In this document: positions 20,729 to 23,734 of the stretch, piece by piece
Numbering within the stretch: position 1 is the first letter of the stretch
Layout of the letters: each line of letters begins with the position of its first letter
Assembly: GCF_006345805.1 (NCBI RefSeq)
Contig: NW_021836517.1
Span: 1 to 23,734, forward strand
Reading direction: 5' to 3'
DNA: 23,734 bases
Source of the DNA: Octopus sinensis
Lineage: Eukaryota
Notes under the pieces: model-generated
Databases searched by the model: none
What the model saw: only the letters and a program-made list of their open reading frames with translations
What the model was told of the DNA's origin: nothing
Position numbers and translations under genes: made by a program

Positions 20729-21367
20729 ACAATGAAATATCAAAGTGAGTTATATACAGTAGCGGTAACACATCGTGACGTATATTTGCCATCTCAATAT
20801 GGCTACCCTAAGGGTGGATGCTACTGTAGTTTTTAGCCCCAGGAGGACACACTCCTCCAGCTGGCCATAGACACACTTTCTGGTCCTGTCAGTATTTGCA
20901 AAGGGAAGTCATCCTTCCCGTCTTCAACTTATGATACACACGGACTCGAGTTCGAGGTATTGACTCTCGTCAGCGTGTGACAATCACAGTTGTCGGCGAG
21001 AATTAGATTTCCTTCACAAATATTATACTTTTTCCCAGCGTCCACTGTCGCTGATATTGAAAAAGTGAAATCAAACAATGATAAATATCAAGTGAGTTAT
21101 AAGTAAGCGGTAGCGGTAACACATTCGTGACGTAATTTGCCATCTCAAATGGGTGGATGCTACTGTAGGTTTTTAGCCCCAGGAGGACACACTCCTCCAG
21201 CTGGCCATAAGTTGAAGACGGGAAGGATGACTTCCCTTTGCCAATTGACAGGGACACAGAAAGTGTGTCTTGGCCAGCTGGAGGAGTGTGTCCTCCTGGG
21301 GCTAAAAAAACTACAGTAGCATCCACCCTTAGGGGTAGCCATATTGAGATGGCAAATATACGTCACG

Positions 21368-21369
<2 letters not shown>
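20729..21369. mobile_element. Non-coding tandem-plus-inverted HHR element inserted in (TA)n
   Basis: 20729-20869 is repeated directly at 21075-21209 (period ~346 bp). 21206-21369 is the reverse complement of 20772-20933. (TA)n lies on both flanks. Confidence 0.8.
20937..20979 (-). ncRNA. Minimal type-I hammerhead candidate lacking one A of GAAA
   Basis: CACACG CTGACGA GAG TCAATAC CTC GAA CTCGAG TC CGTGTG. 6-bp stem I, 3-bp stem II, palindromic stem III, GUC triplet. Confidence 0.62.
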
Positions 21370-21400
<31 letters not shown>

Positions 21401-21404
<4 letters not shown>

Positions 21405-21602
21405 GTCTCAGTGTTTTATCGGCCACTATCGCTTGACAACCGATGTTGGTGTGTTTACATTCCTGCAACTTAGCGATGCGGGAAAAGCGACCGATATAAT
21501 AAGTACTTGTCTCACAAGCCCTGGGTTCGGTTTGTGCGACTAAAGGCAGTGCTCCAGCAATACCGCAATCAAATGACAGGAAAAAAATATAAAATAATGA
21601 TA
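21401..21602 (+). mobile_element. SINE family A, 3' half, degenerate
   Basis: CGCTTGACAACCGATGTTGGTGTGTTTAC...GACTAAAGGCAGTGCTCCAGC...CAAATGAC. Confidence 0.75.
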
Positions 21603-21709
21603 AATATATACCCTGCAAAATATATTTTGCAGTCCTACAGTCCAATGTGAAATTGTGTTTATTCATGCTTGATCTGAAATAAACATGAATATACATACAT
21701 GTGTATATG

Positions 21710-21843
21710 TAGCTCGTAGTTGAGTGATTCGGGGTATTCGGCCCAAGATCGTAAGGCCGCCAGTTTGGTTTCCATCGGTTCGCTGTTTCCTTGAGCAGGA
21801 CAGTTTATCTCACTTGCCCCAATCCACTCAGCTGGCAAAAAAA
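21710..21843 (+). mobile_element. SINE family B, degenerate
   Basis: AAGATCGTAAG...TTTCCTTGAGCAGGACA...TCCACTCAGCTGGCAAAA matches 5958-6202. Confidence 0.65.
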
Positions 21844-22113
21844 GAAAATGAAGAGTACTTTTCAAAGGGCCAACCTTCCCACTTACTTTTTTATGCTCAA
21901 TCTCTTTGAAAACTGCATTAAGGGTACATACATCTGTGGAATACTCAGCACTTGCACGTTGATTTCTCGGGAAGGCTGTTCCTTCGCTCAGATCAACTCG
22001 AACCCTCGTCGTCGTAACTGATCGTGCTGCCAGTGTGTGTTTACACGTGCGCGTGCATGTGTGTGTGTTTGAGTGCAGTGAATGCACGCAGTTTGTATAT
22101 GTGTAAATATATA

Positions 22114-22200
22114 GGCGCAGGAGTGGCTCTGTGGTAGGTAGCTTGCTTACCAACCACATGCGAGTGAATTTGGTAGACGGAAACTGAAAGAAGCTCATCG

Positions 22201-22267
<67 letters not shown>

Positions 22268-22500
22268 CGTGTGTGTGGGGGGTATGTTTGTGTGTCTGTG
22301 TTTGTCCCCCAACATCGCTTGACAACCGATGCTGGTGTGTTTATGTCCCCGTAACTTAGCGGTTCGACCTAAAAGACCAATAGAATAAGTACTAAGCCTA
22401 CATAGAATAAGTCATGGGGTCGATTTGTTCGACTAAAGGCGGTGCTCCGGCATGGCCGCAGTCAAATGACTGAAACGAATAGAAGAAAAAGAATGAAAGA
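22114..22500 (+). mobile_element. SINE family A with a 76-bp internal deletion removing the B box
   Basis: Matches 18241-18647 end to end except for the deletion at 22160/22161 and an expanded internal microsatellite. Confidence 0.9.
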
Positions 22501-22730
22501 ATATATTGTTGTGAGCATATCGTATTTGCGTGTGTGTGGGTGTATGTGTGTGACCGAGGCGTACATATGTGTGTATATGTATGTGTGACTGTGTTGTTTA
22601 TGTGTGTGTCTGTGGCAATCTGGTGTGAGTATGTGTGCATATGTGTGCGTGATGGATGCGGTGTGTCTATGTGTGTATGTGTGTGTATGTGTGTGTATGT
22701 GCCTGAGGGGGTGTATTCGTATGCGACGAG
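22501..22730. repeat. TG-rich degenerate microsatellite
   Basis: Directly visible. Confidence 0.85.
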
Positions 22731-22779
22731 CGATAAGAAGAATGATGTATGATGTTTTATTGCACAATTTCTTTCACGG

Positions 22780-23210
22780 AGGGAAAGGAGGAGGAGAAGG
22801 AGGAGGAGGAGGAGGAAAAGGAGGAGGAAGAGGATGTGGAGAAAGAGTAGGAGAAGGTGGAGGGGGAGGATGTGTCAGAGAAGAAGAAGATGGAGAATAA
22901 TAAGTAGAAATTAGAGGGGGCGAAAATGAAGGAGAAGAAGAAGAAGAAGAAGAAGAAGAAGAAGAAGAAGAAGAAGAGAAAGAAGAAGAAGAAGAAGAAA
23001 GAAGAAGAAGAAGAAGAAGAAGAAGAAGAAGAAAGAGAAGGAAATGAAGGAGAAGAAGGAGAAGAAAGAGAAGAAGTAGGCAAAAATGAACAAGCTGCAA
23101 ATGTGAAATGACGAGACATGAAAGAAGTACGAGAAGGAAGGGACGAGGAGGAGGGGAAGGGAAGAGAGCGAGGATGAGAAAGGGAATGGGGAGAAGGAGA
23201 GGCGCAACAG
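22780..23210. repeat. Polypurine (GGA)n/(GAA)n tract
   Basis: Directly visible; source of the poly-K/E/F/S pseudo-ORFs. Confidence 0.95.
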
Positions 23211-23424
23211 GTGCACCAACAATAACATGTTGAGAGGAATAGTAAAAATGGGCGGGATTTTGAGTAGATCTCAATATTGTCAAATATTGTCGGATTTCAT
23301 TGGATGATATATTACAACCAATGACCGACTAAAGCTTTGAGAGCAGATTTCGTAGAGAGAAACTTAAAGAAACTCGTCGTGTGTGTATGTGTGTATACAT
23401 ATGTGTATATGTGTGTGCGTGTGG

Positions 23425-23734
23425 TTTTTTCTTCTTTTTTTGTATTTGAATTGTTTCAGTCATTTGAATGCGGCCATGCTGGGGTCACCACCTTGAAAGA
23501 CTTTAGTCGAAAAAAATTGACTCCGTGACTTTATATCTTTTAGGCCTAGCACTTATTCTATCGGTCTGATTTGTTACGGGGACGTAAAATTCCAACACCG
23601 GTTACCAAGCGGAGGTGGGGGACAAAAACGGACACAAAGAATGCGACAAGGCTCGCCCTTTGAAATACAGGTAATTCAAAGATGAGTGGAATGGAATAAT
23701 GTGAAATAAAGCGTCTTGCTGAAGAACACAAACC
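23425..23734 (-). mobile_element. SINE, family A 3' end joined to a family-B-like body, cut by the window edge
   Basis: TTTCAGTCATTTGAATGCGGCCATGCTGG and CACTTATTCTATCGGTC (family A), plus GTGAAATAAAGCGTCTTGCTGAAGAACAC (family-B-like). Confidence 0.75.

Noticed and set aside
22757-23283. Poly-K/E, poly-F and poly-S ORFs
   Set aside because: Translations of the (GAA)n/(GGA)n tract.
1-23734. CRISPR arrays, rRNA, intact tRNA or host protein-coding genes
   Set aside because: No repeat-spacer periodicity, rRNA motifs, complete cloverleaf or recognisable host domains; the tRNA-like segments are SINE heads.

Overview
AT-rich, microsatellite-saturated, non-genic eukaryotic DNA, most likely an octopus-type cephalopod (inferred from my recollection of octopus tRNA-derived SINE families; not verified). 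I can support no intact host gene, and most ORF-track entries are translations of simple repeats. The window is a nested mosaic of decayed mobile elements. These are: at least three Penelope-like (PLE) coding fragments (RT and/or GIY-YIG); a Tc1-type DD36E transposase fragment; a mariner relic split by an RTE LINE insertion with a 13-bp TSD; a second RTE-like 3' end; and about ten SINE copies from three families. The most interesting hidden layer is eight minimal type-I hammerhead ribozyme (HHR)-like motifs at six loci, most with a palindromic stem III. One has an apparent U3-A8 compensatory core. Four insertions share the same head-to-head (5'-to-5') inverted architecture, including a ~340-bp foldback and a ~346-bp tandem-plus-inverted unit resembling a non-LTR retrozyme. 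The PLE-HHR association itself is established knowledge; whether these particular families and variants are undescribed or active cannot be determined from the sequence alone. All alignments and folds were done by eye.
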